The notes under the pieces are model-generated. The model worked only from the letters and a program-made list of their open reading frames with translations. It did no database searches and was not told where the DNA came from. From contig JAQFVV010000009.1 of assembly GCA_028023455.1 (NCBI GenBank), forward strand, positions 2,108,001 to 2,172,000: 64,000 bases of DNA, in the 5' to 3' direction. This stretch comes from Epiperipatus broadwayi (taxonomy: Eukaryota > Animalia > Onychophora). The translations under genes were made by a program, and so were the position numbers. Position 1 is the stretch's first letter. Every line of letters starts with the position of its first letter. Shown piece after piece: positions 1 to 12,400 of this stretch.

Positions 1-330
1 AGTTCAAACAAACCTCATTAATTAAGCAAATACAACCTGTTCTGAAAGCAGATTAATAAAGTTCTTTATAACTTCCAAATTCCATATAAAGTATATATTT
101 ACTAAGACAAGAAAGCCAATTATTCAAGGTTTTAATAGGTTTTATAAATATAGATGATAACAATCAACTCTTTAGCTATTAAGAATCTCAACCTTCTATG
201 GTCTGATATGTTTATATAGACACTAAACATTGCAACTTGATCAAGGAGTGTGCGATTAATAATGCAAAGAAGTTTAAACAAATCTCATTAATCAGGCAAA
301 TATAATATGTTCTGAAAACAGACTAATAAA
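1..330. repeat. Two diverged direct copies of a ~60-bp unit (1-60 and ~271-330)
   Basis: agttcaaacaaacctcattaattaagcaaatacaacctgttctgaaagcagattaataaa vs agtttaaacaaatctcattaatcaggcaaatataatatgttctgaaaacagactaataaa. Confidence 0.7.
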
Positions 331-819
331 TAGTCAATTTTAATGTAAATACCTTTCATGTTCATTTTAGTAGGTATTAAAAATAAATTTATTAGTACCA
401 TATAAATATTAACAACAGTGTATATGATAAACATTTAAAGAAAGAATGAACAACTTTATCTTGATGAATGAAACATTTAAAAAAAAATTCCCATTGATTT
501 ATAAATAGTTTTGAAATTTTATTTTTCAAAAAGATTTCCAATACTTTCAATAAATATTTGGATATAAGGAAGAAATACAATGTTAGTTTCAGAGATCTAA
601 TTTATAATTTATTCAATTTTGTAGATATTAAGTGAAGTGCAGTAACAGGGTGATTCAAGCAAGCAGGAAGACCTATAAATCACTAAGTCCAGTAACTAAC
701 TACAAAGAATGAATCAAATATATCTGTATGGTGCTCATTGCTTATATATACACAGAGTAATCATTTTCAACTATTATTGATCCATTGTTAGGTGAAGGTC
801 TCGCCTATTTAATCCAATT

Positions 820-1110
820 TCTTCTACTCATATTCTTTTTTGCTTCCCATCACATCAGGAAACATTCTTATTTTATTCATATATTTTATATAGTCTCAAG
901 TCTTTGACAATTATATTGGGATCTGATTAAGACTTACTGACCATCTAAGTTCAGCCTATTGCATACCACAATTTTTAAAATATAATAACGCTAAAATTGT
1001 ATTTTGCTTTTGATCCATGCTTGTTACTTTCATCATACATTTCTCTATTCTTTGATTTATCTGAAGACTCTGTTATTTTTGTATTAAAATATTCAAATCT
1101 CAGATCCATA
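820..1110 (-). mobile_element. Possible RTE-type LINE 3' remnant
   Basis: Minus strand reads AELRWSVS...LSK, resembling the RTE C-terminal QLRW.GH..RM...RLPK block; heavily degraded. Confidence 0.3.
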
Positions 1111-2685
1111 AATAAAAACTAGTAAAATACATTTATTAATAACTTTTCTTTTTAAACACACAGCCACATTTTCCTTTTAATATTTTGTTATTTCTATCAA
1201 AAGTACTCCTTCTAAGTTTAATTCTATAATTAATTTTGTCACTATATATTCAGTGTATTAATAATCTGACCAAATTATTTATAGTTGCTAACTTCTTATA
1301 ATTCATGATTATTAATCATTTCTGAGAAAATCCATAAAACTATTATTTTATTGTTTTTAGCATTTATCTTTAGTCTTATTATCATTTAATTATATACTGT
1401 CTCTGCAAAATAAATGAAGTTGTGAGAATACAATTTAATAAGAATAAAAAAATTCAATTTACCTGATAAAACACACACACACACAAACAGTGAAATATCT
1501 AATGGTAATAGAAGTATATAATTATAAATATTTTTGTAAAAATATATTATGAGACATGTCAAAATGCTTTAATTTTATTGTCACACATGCTTCTTTATCA
1601 TATATAAATGAGTAATATTGTTCAAATATATTAGGCTGAATGATATTAAACAATTATAATCCATTGTGTAAATTATTGTTCTGATTGATAATTGTTTCTT
1701 TCATTGCCTGAGACATTAACTTGATAGACTAAGAATAATTCAAGCTACAATATAAAAAATATAAGTTTATCATTTTTAAAGGGTTCTTGTTCTTTTAACT
1801 AAAAGTACAAATTCCAAAATGTTACGAGGTATAATAATGGAAATAAAAGAAAACTAATTATGTAAAGATAACTTAATGATTATAATGTTATTTGGTGAAA
1901 TAATTGAAACTAGAAAATTAATTGTAAAGAAAGAAAAAAAGAAAATAATTGTAATGTAAATGATTATACAAACTTATCGAAAACTATTTAATTAGAGAAA
2001 ATTACAATCTAATCAAAGACCAAAATAATTTTGTAAATTGTCTAATCAGGAAGAGATTTATGTTTACTGGAAATCAGTAATATTTCTAACTGACTAGATA
2101 ATCAATACTGTAAATCAATGTTGTAATTAAATAAATAGATATTAAAAGAGATTAATTAATTAGAAGAAATTGAAAAGCTAATTAATGACATGGATGAACT
2201 AAGACAATGATTTTGTCAAGGGTATAAAAGCTACTAAATTTCTATTTTATTCAGTTCTGCTGTTATTCATTTTACTAATAGAATTATTCTGCTGTTATTT
2301 TGATTTGGTTAATTTGATTCAACTGCAGTGACTTCTACTAACTTTGCTGATTTCTTTATTGAGAATGACCAGTTCATACTTCAATGATGTATAGGTATTT
2401 ATGTAGGAGCTCTAACATCATCATGCAGTGCTAAACTCACAAAGGGGTGTTGATTCAGTTTTCAATGCCATTGCTGAGATATATATTCATAATTATAGAA
2501 GACTATTATTGAACAAGACCATGCAGATATATGCTGCCCTAGTGACAAACTGTTAAAAGAAATCAGGAAACCTGCTCAAGAATTCCAGTCATAAATTCTA
2601 TAAACTTTTAAGAAGACAGACATGATCACTCCAGAAAAAAACTATAGCAAAACCTAGGTAAATATAAGAAATAATTCAAATGATA

Positions 2686-3087
2686 CAGACCAATTGGTTT
2701 TGAACTTATGGCTCACCTCAGTGGAGATCTAGGACCCCAGACACTAGATCTAAAATACCAACTCAAAAGTCAGCACTTATCTAATACGTTACTATCAATT
2801 TGAAAACCTGAATTTTTCAGACACAAATGTACTCTTGAAGGATTTTGCGATGTTATATTGCTGAGGCTTTTAATATATGGTGAAACTGTACTGAGTTCAA
2901 ACCTATATAGCTACCTGATTTGTAAGGCTGGATTTGAAGACATTTACGTATCTGAAAAATTCAGGTTTTCAAATTGATAGTAACATATTAGATAAATACT
3001 GACTTTTGAGTTGGTATTTTAGATCTAGTGTCTGGAGTCCTAGCTCCCCACTGAGGTGAACCATAAGCTCAAAAAACAATTGGTCTG
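2686..3087. mobile_element. Foldback/MITE-like element with ~145-bp terminal inverted repeats
   Basis: Left arm 2686-~2830 (cagaccaattgg...cagacacaaatgt) is the reverse complement of ~2940-3087 at about 90% identity; ~110-bp spacer; CAG...CTG ends; TA on the left only. Confidence 0.8.
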
Positions 3088-3408
3088 GAGATAAGGACAT
3101 TACGATAGAGATTTTGGATTCTTTCTCTTTTGGCACTTATAAATTAAAGCTTGATTGGAGTTAGTGGTAAGCTCCCTCTAGTGAACATTTTAATAAAGTT
3201 TAAAAGCAAGTTATACAATTTGTGTCTTGTTTATTAATTATTATATATATACATAGTATGCCAGGGACTGAATCTTCAAAGCAAATCATTATATATATAT
3301 ATATGTATTTTATATCTAATTTATTAGCCACACATAGATGTATATAATATACCCAAGATATATATCAACATGCATTCATTTATATATATATTTCTTCTTT
3401 TTTTCCAG

Positions 3409-3465
3409 AGATTAATCTTATACTTAAGTGTTGCCGCATTTATGGATAGTATTGGTTATCTGATG
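3409..3465 (+). CDS. GPCR exon (TM2): RLILYLSVAAFMDSIGYLM
   Basis: Acceptor ttcttcttttttttccag, donor gtatgt, 57 nt, phase 0-0. Confidence 0.92.
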
Positions 3466-6400
3466 GTATGTGTTCTAATTCATATTTGTTTAATGTCATT
3501 AAAAATAATTTAAAGATTCCAATCTTTTTTGATTATTATTTTTATCTCTTAAATAGTTACTTTTTCTTTGTTTTTATTAGGGCCGGCCTAGTCCAGATGG
3601 ACCTGTATGTGAACTACAAGCATGGTGGTTTACATTTTTTGGTAAGGTTATAAATGTATTTAAACAATATTACCCTTAATTTAAATCTGATTTTAAACCA
3701 AATATTCTTTATACCAAGTATACTGACCACTAAATATCTAGTAGATTCTTAATACATTTCAGTAGTGGAATGTTTCAATAATTTGTCAAATACCAATCTA
3801 TTTTTAAAAAAATTAAGATAAATGTATTATTGTTTTATTTTATTAAAGTATATTTTTAATTATTGCAAATAATATAAGTATATATCATTTAATTTTTTTT
3901 GATAGAGTTGATTCTATCCGTTGTCACAAATGACACACTGTTTATCTTCTGGTGTAACAATTATAATATCATAGTATTTGGCAATAATAACGGTTTTTCT
4001 AAAATAAAATTATAATAAGTGAATTCCCCTGAATTTTTAATTTTTTTAAAAAAGATTTGAATGTACTCCAATTACAAAGAAAAATAACTTAAAGAGATGG
4101 AATATTTATTAATTTGATACTCATGATTCCCAAGTCTTCTTAAATTAATATTTTTGCTAAATTAAACACACTCCTTATACCCTTTTCTAAAAATAATTAT
4201 AAAACCATAAATGATCCGGCTTACACTGCTTTTCAAGAGCAAACTATTTATTCTATTTTATCTCTGCAATTTATTCTCTTGCAATCATGAGTAATCAGTA
4301 AATTTTTGATCAAATGATGTTCAAGCACCGAAGTGACAAACTCATTTCATTCTGTTGACCTAATGAAGATTTTTTTAAACACTTTTCAACTAGGATTCAG
4401 TTCAAATCTTTTTAGTGTTGGAGTTTATCAAATGCTTTCTCTAAACATCATAAATATTCATTGTTTTTAGTATCAGATCTCAAGCTGTAAGCCAGAGATT
4501 TTTTCCAGTCATTTTGAGAAGTCTTAAAATCATTGAGTTATCTGAAAAACACTTTCACTTTACTAGCACTAAATGAGTTTATGAAACCAATTAAAATTAA
4601 TATTTTGTTACTGCTTTATTATTTTTGTATGTTCCATTCTAATTTATATCTTTACTTATTTTTTATTTTCATATAGTATAACTATAAAAAAAATCAGTAG
4701 ATTGGTTTATGTCAGAAGAGGTGAACCTTTTTGGACATGTGTACCAATGTACATACATATTCTATTAATTTTAACAATCATGTAAATTAAATACTGAGAA
4801 CTTTAAGAATTCTTCATAAGTAGATTTTCTAAAATTTATTTTAATAAACTTGCAAATAACATCCTCTCTTATTAATCTAAACAAATTAGACCAATAATGA
4901 GCCCACTTTCATCTGATCCTCAACATCTTACATGAATAGCCATCATTGATATTTCAGTGGAATAAAATATTACCTTAGCAGCAATCTTAGCATCATCTAG
5001 ATCTAACCAGCTTAAATTTCATATCACTATAAAGATTTAAGTTCTATTAATTTTATCACTTATGTAAATATATTACTATTAAAACATTACATCATCATCT
5101 TTTCTTATGCTTTCACAAGTTGTTAGAACAGTAGCAATTTTTTCGCACAATAGTTCCACTTAGTAAAAGCTATAGTAATCAGTAGATACTAGAAAGTTGT
5201 GTATTTAATCCTATCTAGTGCCTACTCATTCATTCTTCCCAAACTAGTGTCTCACTTGGGACTTTTATCAGTAAAGAATCTTGGATCTGAGAATAGTGCA
5301 TTGAGATCTTTGGTCCCAATGCACTCCTCCAGCATCCACCTTTTATCTTTTTAATTAGCTATGCAGCTATGAGCCTAAATTGAAAGCACAATAAGGTTTT
5401 TAATCTAAGATAATTTTCTTGTATAGATGTATTGATCTGAATCTAGTTCAATATCTATATATTCTGGTGTCTGTTTTTTTTAATAACCATAGCCACCAAT
5501 ATCCTTTGATTAGGATTTGTACTAAATGATTAAAACATCACACAAATCATCTGTTCTTATGTGTACACAAGTTATTAAAACAGTAGAAACTCTTCCACCC
5601 AATATGCAAGCTGTACTAATCAATAGATGATCGAAAGTTTGGGCATTTAATTCCTATCCAATGCTTACTTATCAAATATCCCCAGACTAGTTTCTACCTT
5701 ACCACTTTCACTAATAAGGAGCTTTGTATCTGCTGGAAAAATGCTTTGGTTCTGAAAATCTAGATCATGTATGCTCTCAGATGTAAAATGCCTTATTGAT
5801 GAAAGCCGTAAGTTAGAAACTAGTCTGGGGATATTGGATGAGTAGGCATTGAATAGGGAATAAATGCACACTTTCAACATTTACTGATTACTATAGCTTG
5901 TACCTTGTGACACTGTTGTGTGGAAACAGTTGCTTCTGCTTTAATAGTTTGTGTAAGAATAAGAAAAATTGATCATATGATGTTTTAATGGTTTAATACC
6001 AATCACAGCCGAATGATATAATAGATGATTACAATTATTTAAAAACCCAAGACACCAACCACATTCAGTTTAATTTTTTTTTTTCATTTGGAAAAAACTT
6101 TAAACCATTTGAAATAGCAATACAATAAAATATTGATAATTTAGCTTTAAATGTTTTAATATTAGCAAATATAATTTAGAAATTCATTTATTTAATAATT
6201 ACTAATTATTGATCACATTTATTCTCATTATCTAAGTATAGGGGATTTTCATTCAAGTTTTCAGCGAAAGAATTTTGCTATGACCAAGTTACTGAATATT
6301 AAATGATTAAAACATTGAATTTGATAATATTCTAAGTTTGAAGTGTATACGATATAATTTCTAGCCTAAAAATTATTGATATAATCATCAAGGTATTTAT

Positions 6401-9400
6401 CTAGGAAAGATGGTATTATAGTTGTGTGTACAGTAAGTTTGACATCTTCACAGTAAATTGTAATCATTTTTATATTTTTTAAATAAGGTTTGTGCACTTT
6501 ATTTTTGCATATATGTATCTTGTTTAAAAATGCCAATAATTTTATTTTTGCAAATATTATTTAATTTAATTTTAAAGAAATGATAATTTATGAAAATGCA
6601 CCATATCCTTGTATCTATGTTGTCAGTAATCCTCAGTTTGGAAAAAATATTAAGTATAAAGAAAAAAAAAAAGATAGAAATTTTTTTTTTTAATTTTTTT
6701 TTCCAGTTGATATTTCAATCATGGATACTGGTATTACAAATATTACAAGCAAATACCAATAATATTATCTTTTACCTGTAATCTTCAAAGTTGCTGCTAT
6801 CTATAGTTTCATGCATATGTATAAATGCTTTTTGTCTATTCTATACTTATTGACCAACTTATAGCTTCTAAGTGTTTTTATAGACCTAGCAAAAAAAAAA
6901 AAATCTAACAAACAGTTTCTAAATCAAATATAATTATAAGAGCTTTGAATTCAGATTTTCAAGCTCTCTACAGCTATCTAATCCATCTTATACAATATGT
7001 CCGCATACATGTGAAAAAGATATATAATCTCCAATATACCTATTTTGTGCTGAACCAGCACTCATCTGTTGGTCCAGATCACCATCTCCCACACATATAT
7101 ACAATCAGTGGTCACTTCATATAAAGATAGTAAATCTTCAAACTTTAATGAACAAGCTTCAATCTTTTCCACTCTCCAACTCTTGAGCCATCCATATCAT
7201 TAAAAATCCGAGGATGGTATGTTCACAGCACGAAATACATATATTGGAGGTAATTTATCTTTTTCATATGTATATGGACATGTGTATTGGTTGTATAAGA
7301 TAGATTGGGTAGCTGTAGGAAGCTTGAAGATCTGAGTTAAAGACCCTTATAATTACCTTAAGTTTAGTATAGACAATATACATGTATTTAAATATTATAT
7401 CCAATATAAATGAATTAATTTTTCTAATTCAAAATTTAAAAAATTGTTAATCTTCATGGATTTCTATTGAATCAATTACAGCATTGGTCATGAATTGAAT
7501 AGAGCTATTGTTATAAGATAAAAAATACATCTTACTGCAATTAAGCCCTTTAATTTATAGATATTTACTTATTTTAATATACATATGTTTGTGTGTTTTA
7601 AAAATGCATATTTTATATAGTTTGCTACCGTATGGAATTTTATATCTGTGAAAAAGTTTGGAATCAAATGTCATTGATATGGAGGAACTACTGTACAAGT
7701 GATTATTTTAAGTGCATAGGCCTGAATTTAATCTGATATACATATATAAATACTTGTTTAAATTCTTAGATTAGAATCTATTGCTGTTACCCAAGTTTTA
7801 ATTATTATATTTATAATGTGAAATTTTAATTCATTTTAAATATTGAGTTCAAATTTTTATTTATGGTAAATATTAAATGATGTTTTTTGCTACTACTGAT
7901 CATATATATGCCAAAAAAAAATTTCATATATCATTTCAGGCATATAGTCATATGCTTGCCACTCTTGGTATATGAAGAAATAGCAGAAAATTAAAAATTA
8001 ATATTTTTCAAAATTTTAGTAAATTTATGTATAAATATAATTTTTTACTTGTATATATCAAAACAATTGAATTATGACAAAAGATAATCCTTCTTAAGTT
8101 TTTAAATGAAAATATTTTTAGCTTATCATTTTAAAAATATTTTTACTTCATATGCTTCTTTTTTTACTATTTTTCACTTGTAAAAAGAATGAATAATTGA
8201 GGAAATATTTAAACATAACACACAGTACTATATAATTGCACATTTGTTTGTATTTAACATTTTCTGTATGCTCTTTCTATGTCTATGAAACAAAAAATTG
8301 TTTAATTTATTACTTGTTTCAAGGAAAAACTAAAAAATACTTATATTAATCTTTTGCAGAATGGGTGGTGCTTCTCTGGGTGTGCTGTATTACTATCAAT
8401 CTTTATTTAAATGCTGTACGACTAGTTCGGTACGATAGATTAGAATGGTAATTTTTTTTATTATTATTCTTTACTTTTTTATCTCATTATTATTTTGTTT
8501 GCTACTAAAAGATATTGTTTTTTCCCTTGATTTTCCATCATTTAATTTGCTTGACTGCAATTTAATTGATGGAATATGTGCCTTTTTAAAATTAATGTGT
8601 AAAATACATATTTATTAATGTGTTTACCTTTTATTTGTGTGTATATATATTGAACCGAATTCGAATATGAGTATTCGAAACACCGGCCTCTTAGGCAGAG
8701 AAGAACATACTCGGAGAATATATATGCCCAAACGATAGCTATAAAGTATATAACTAACGTTACATTTCCAGGACATAACTTCTTCTCGACTGTTGAGTTC
8801 AACACCAAGTTCAAAGCACTTTTTTTTTGTTTGTGTATAAACACGGGCGCCAGCTATCTATTCAAGGATGAATAAATAACGCACTTTAAGCAATGGCCAC
8901 TAACTCAACGCCTAAATCCACGACTAGCTCAGCTGTTTGTAATCACTAATAGATTATACTTAATTAGTGATTAAAAGAATTAATAAAAGAATTTGTTAAA
9001 AAGAATTGATAAAAAGAATTTGGTAAAAGAATTGATAAAAAGAATTGACCGACAAATAAAGTTTAATTTTAAAGATAATTTATTAACTAACATTTATTTA
9101 CTAAATTTAAACATTTTATAATTCTAATAAAACACACGCATATTTTAAATTAACATTTCTAAATAGTTTAAATATTCCTATAGATTTAATAACAGAACAC
9201 TCTAATTTAACTAATAAATATTGATATAATGATCATGCACATATTAACTCATGCACACACATAATAATGATAATAAAGGACTACATAGCATTTGAAATTT
9301 AATCACACACATATCAATAGTTCATTTATGTATGATATCGAGTTCATATAATTAGACTCTTGGAGGATTCGCACGAATTAATGAAATGCAATGGCTATTA

Positions 9401-12400
9401 CAGTATAGAACGAAATAAGCAAATGTTTTTACCTAGGATTTTGAACGTAGATTTAACACTTTGTTTTCTTCTTGTTTGTTGATTCTTCCAGTATGAATGC
9501 TTCCAGCCGGCTGGGACGTTTCCTTGCTGAGTTTCCTGATTTTCACGATTATTACTATCGGAGACAATTAGATACTGACGGAGATTTTCTAAGATGTTAA
9601 GCTGACATTATTTCACGGGCAGATCTGCTGTTTTCTCGGACATCTGGGCTGGAGATAAACGTGCGTTCCAAAATATTCTCAGCACTGCATTTTGTTTCTT
9701 AACTGACTCAATTAATTTCCGAACTGCACTCTCTCAATAACTTTGTGAACTGATTGTCTCAACTCAATTAATTTGTGGAATCAATTACTGTCCGATAAAA
9801 AAAAGTCTATTTATACCTGCGCCTTGTTGTCTTTCTGATATCTCCGGCAAAGATCTGTTGTCAAATTCCTTATCAATTAATCCTTTGATAAACGTGTTTT
9901 GGAAGATTGCTTAATTAGTAATAGCCATGCAGAGATGTTGTTTTATATTTTAATTAATAACCATTGCCGTGTTTTTTAATAATAATCTTCTTTAACTTTA
10001 TAATAACATTTATTCTATTGTTGACAATCACACATATATACGGTCATATATTAGTTTTAACATTATTTTTTCTTTAATTAAACTTGAATGAAAAGAGATT
10101 TGTGTGTTTTAACCTTTTAAATTATATTTTTATGAATACTAAAAAAAAACTATTTAATTCTTATCTTTTTCGAAAACAAACTGAATAAACTCTTCAACAT
10201 TTAATTTTATGTTTTCCTTAACGAAAGATTGTTTTAATAACAATTTTAGATAAAATTATATGTGCCTATATCAATATAGGTACATTACACCGCCCTTCCT
10301 TTTGAGAGTAAAATGTGTCATTTTTGACCATTTTATCTCTAACAACATTAAATATTAATTTATTATTCTTTCTAAGTTTGCCCTTTGGTATCTTTTCCCT
10401 TTCCATGCTAAGGGCAATCTCCAATTATGCTTTTCTTCTTTCTATGCTGGTAACATTGCTTACAATGTTCGTCCTGGATAATGACCACGAGGACAAACTA
10501 AATTTGTGGCACAGGGATCTTTTGTAAACGAAGCTTCGGCTGCCGATTCTCTTGATCGGACTTTGACTAAGAAAAGGTGGCTGCAAATGGCAGGAATTTC
10601 AACTGTCCATTTCCGACTTACGCCCTGGAAAACGATTGCCGATTCTCTTGATCGGACTTTGACTAAGCAGCTGCAATGGCAGGAATTTTCAACTGTCCAT
10701 TTCCGACTTACGCTTTGGAAAACGAGGTACGAGATATGGGGATTCTCCCCTGAAAAGTGACTTACGACTTACTCTGGTTGTTGCCAGTGCGCTTTTTAAA
10801 AGAGGAATGATCCCGGCCAATCCGTTGCAGGTACTAGAATTTATCCAGTCGAGAGCTTTAAACTTAATCCTTATCTAACTTATTTCAATACTACCCTCAT
10901 CCCTTTAGATTCGAACCCTTATACGCTCCTAATACAACTTAGATTGACTTTCATTTATATTATTTTTAAATTCATTACGAACATTATTTAAATATTTAGT
11001 TTTACGATACTTATTTTAAACCCATTACTTTAACTTATATATTAACGTGCGTGTACTCAGAAAAAAAACTATTTTGCTTTATTATGATTCATTCATTATT
11101 ATTTTACTAGAGATTTTTTTTTTTTATCTTGATTATTTTAAACAATTTATTTACATCCTTTTCTTAACTTACGGTATTCAAAACAAACTTTTATTTTAAC
11201 ATGCGTATATTCAAAGAACTATTTTATTTTACTACGAATATTTTATTTATTTTCTACAGATATATTATACTTATTTATTTAACTTGTTTTTATTTTATGT
11301 ATTTCCGTTATTTTATTCATTTATTTAAATCTACAACTTTACTTTTATATCATTAATTTGACCCATTTATTTAACTTGATTTTTTATTTATTTATTTGAA
11401 CTGTTTATTTACGAACATTTCCTTAATTAATATGTGCGTGGAGAAAAAAAATCTTTTATTTTGCGAAGCCTCCATTATTATTATCTGACAAAACAATCCA
11501 TCATTTTAAATAGCGAAATTCTAATTCAGGCTTTTCACCTACGTCAAAATAATTATATTAGACTCATAGTCCATTTCCGGTCCTTTTTATTTCCGTCCAC
11601 TTTAATATTCCGACCCTTAACTAACTTCTAAACTATGTCAGGTGGTTCCTTCTTTCTTTCTACAAATTCTATAATATAAACTAACTTTCCTCTCTTATCG
11701 GTTCCGTTTTTATATTTCATTACTTTATCTCTTTCTCTTTCCTTTCTGTTTTCGACTTCGTAACTCAGAAAACCTTTATACCTAGACAAACTCCGAATTA
11801 CTTCAATCTGGGAATATTTTTTCCTACGCTTTCTCTTTGTTTTAAATCTACGTCTACAGTGAATGCGAACGTTTACTTTAACCTTTTTAAATTTTTGTAA
11901 AAACTTTTCTACACTATCTACTACCTTGAACTTATGTTTTTCTTCTATTTCTTGATCTATATTTTCCCCTGTCTTAGCACTATCCTGTTCTGCTTTAATT
12001 TCTATTTCAGTCTTCTCTGTTTCAACACTATCTAGTTCTACCTCAATTTCTATATCTTTCATGACCTCAACTTCCTGACTTTCTTTAACTAAATCTAACT
12101 TTCTGCCTTCTTGGTTCTCCTCTACTTTCTCTATTATTTCACTCCTCATTCCTTTAATTTCACATCTTATTTCTCTTATTCCCGCAATGAATTCTTGATG
12201 ACTTTGCCTGAATTCTTGACGCATTTCTTCCATCATATTTATCATCATTTTCAGCATCTGCGTCTCAGACATTTCTTTCTCTTTTTCCATTTTTAAAACA
12301 ATATTTTATTTCAAACTAGCGTTTACGTTAGACTAAATTTACTATACGATTTATTTATTTATTTTTCTTACTAAGACGGAAACTCACGTTAACTCCAGCC

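Noticed and set aside
3468-3653. 61-aa ORF in the track overlapping a real exon
   Set aside because: It is mostly intron and reads exon 3581-3641 in the wrong frame.
8542-8844. 100-aa and 95-aa (12569-12856) twin ORFs
   Set aside because: They are identical only because both start in the LTR copies, then run out of the LTR into unrelated flanks; no domain is recognisable.
8970-9050. AAAAGAATT-type short repeats
   Set aside because: This is an LTR-internal minisatellite with no unique spacers; it is not a CRISPR array, and the context is eukaryotic.
10506-10760. 84-aa + strand ORF with an internal repeat
   Set aside because: It is a by-product of the 90-bp tandem duplication and is antisense to the element.
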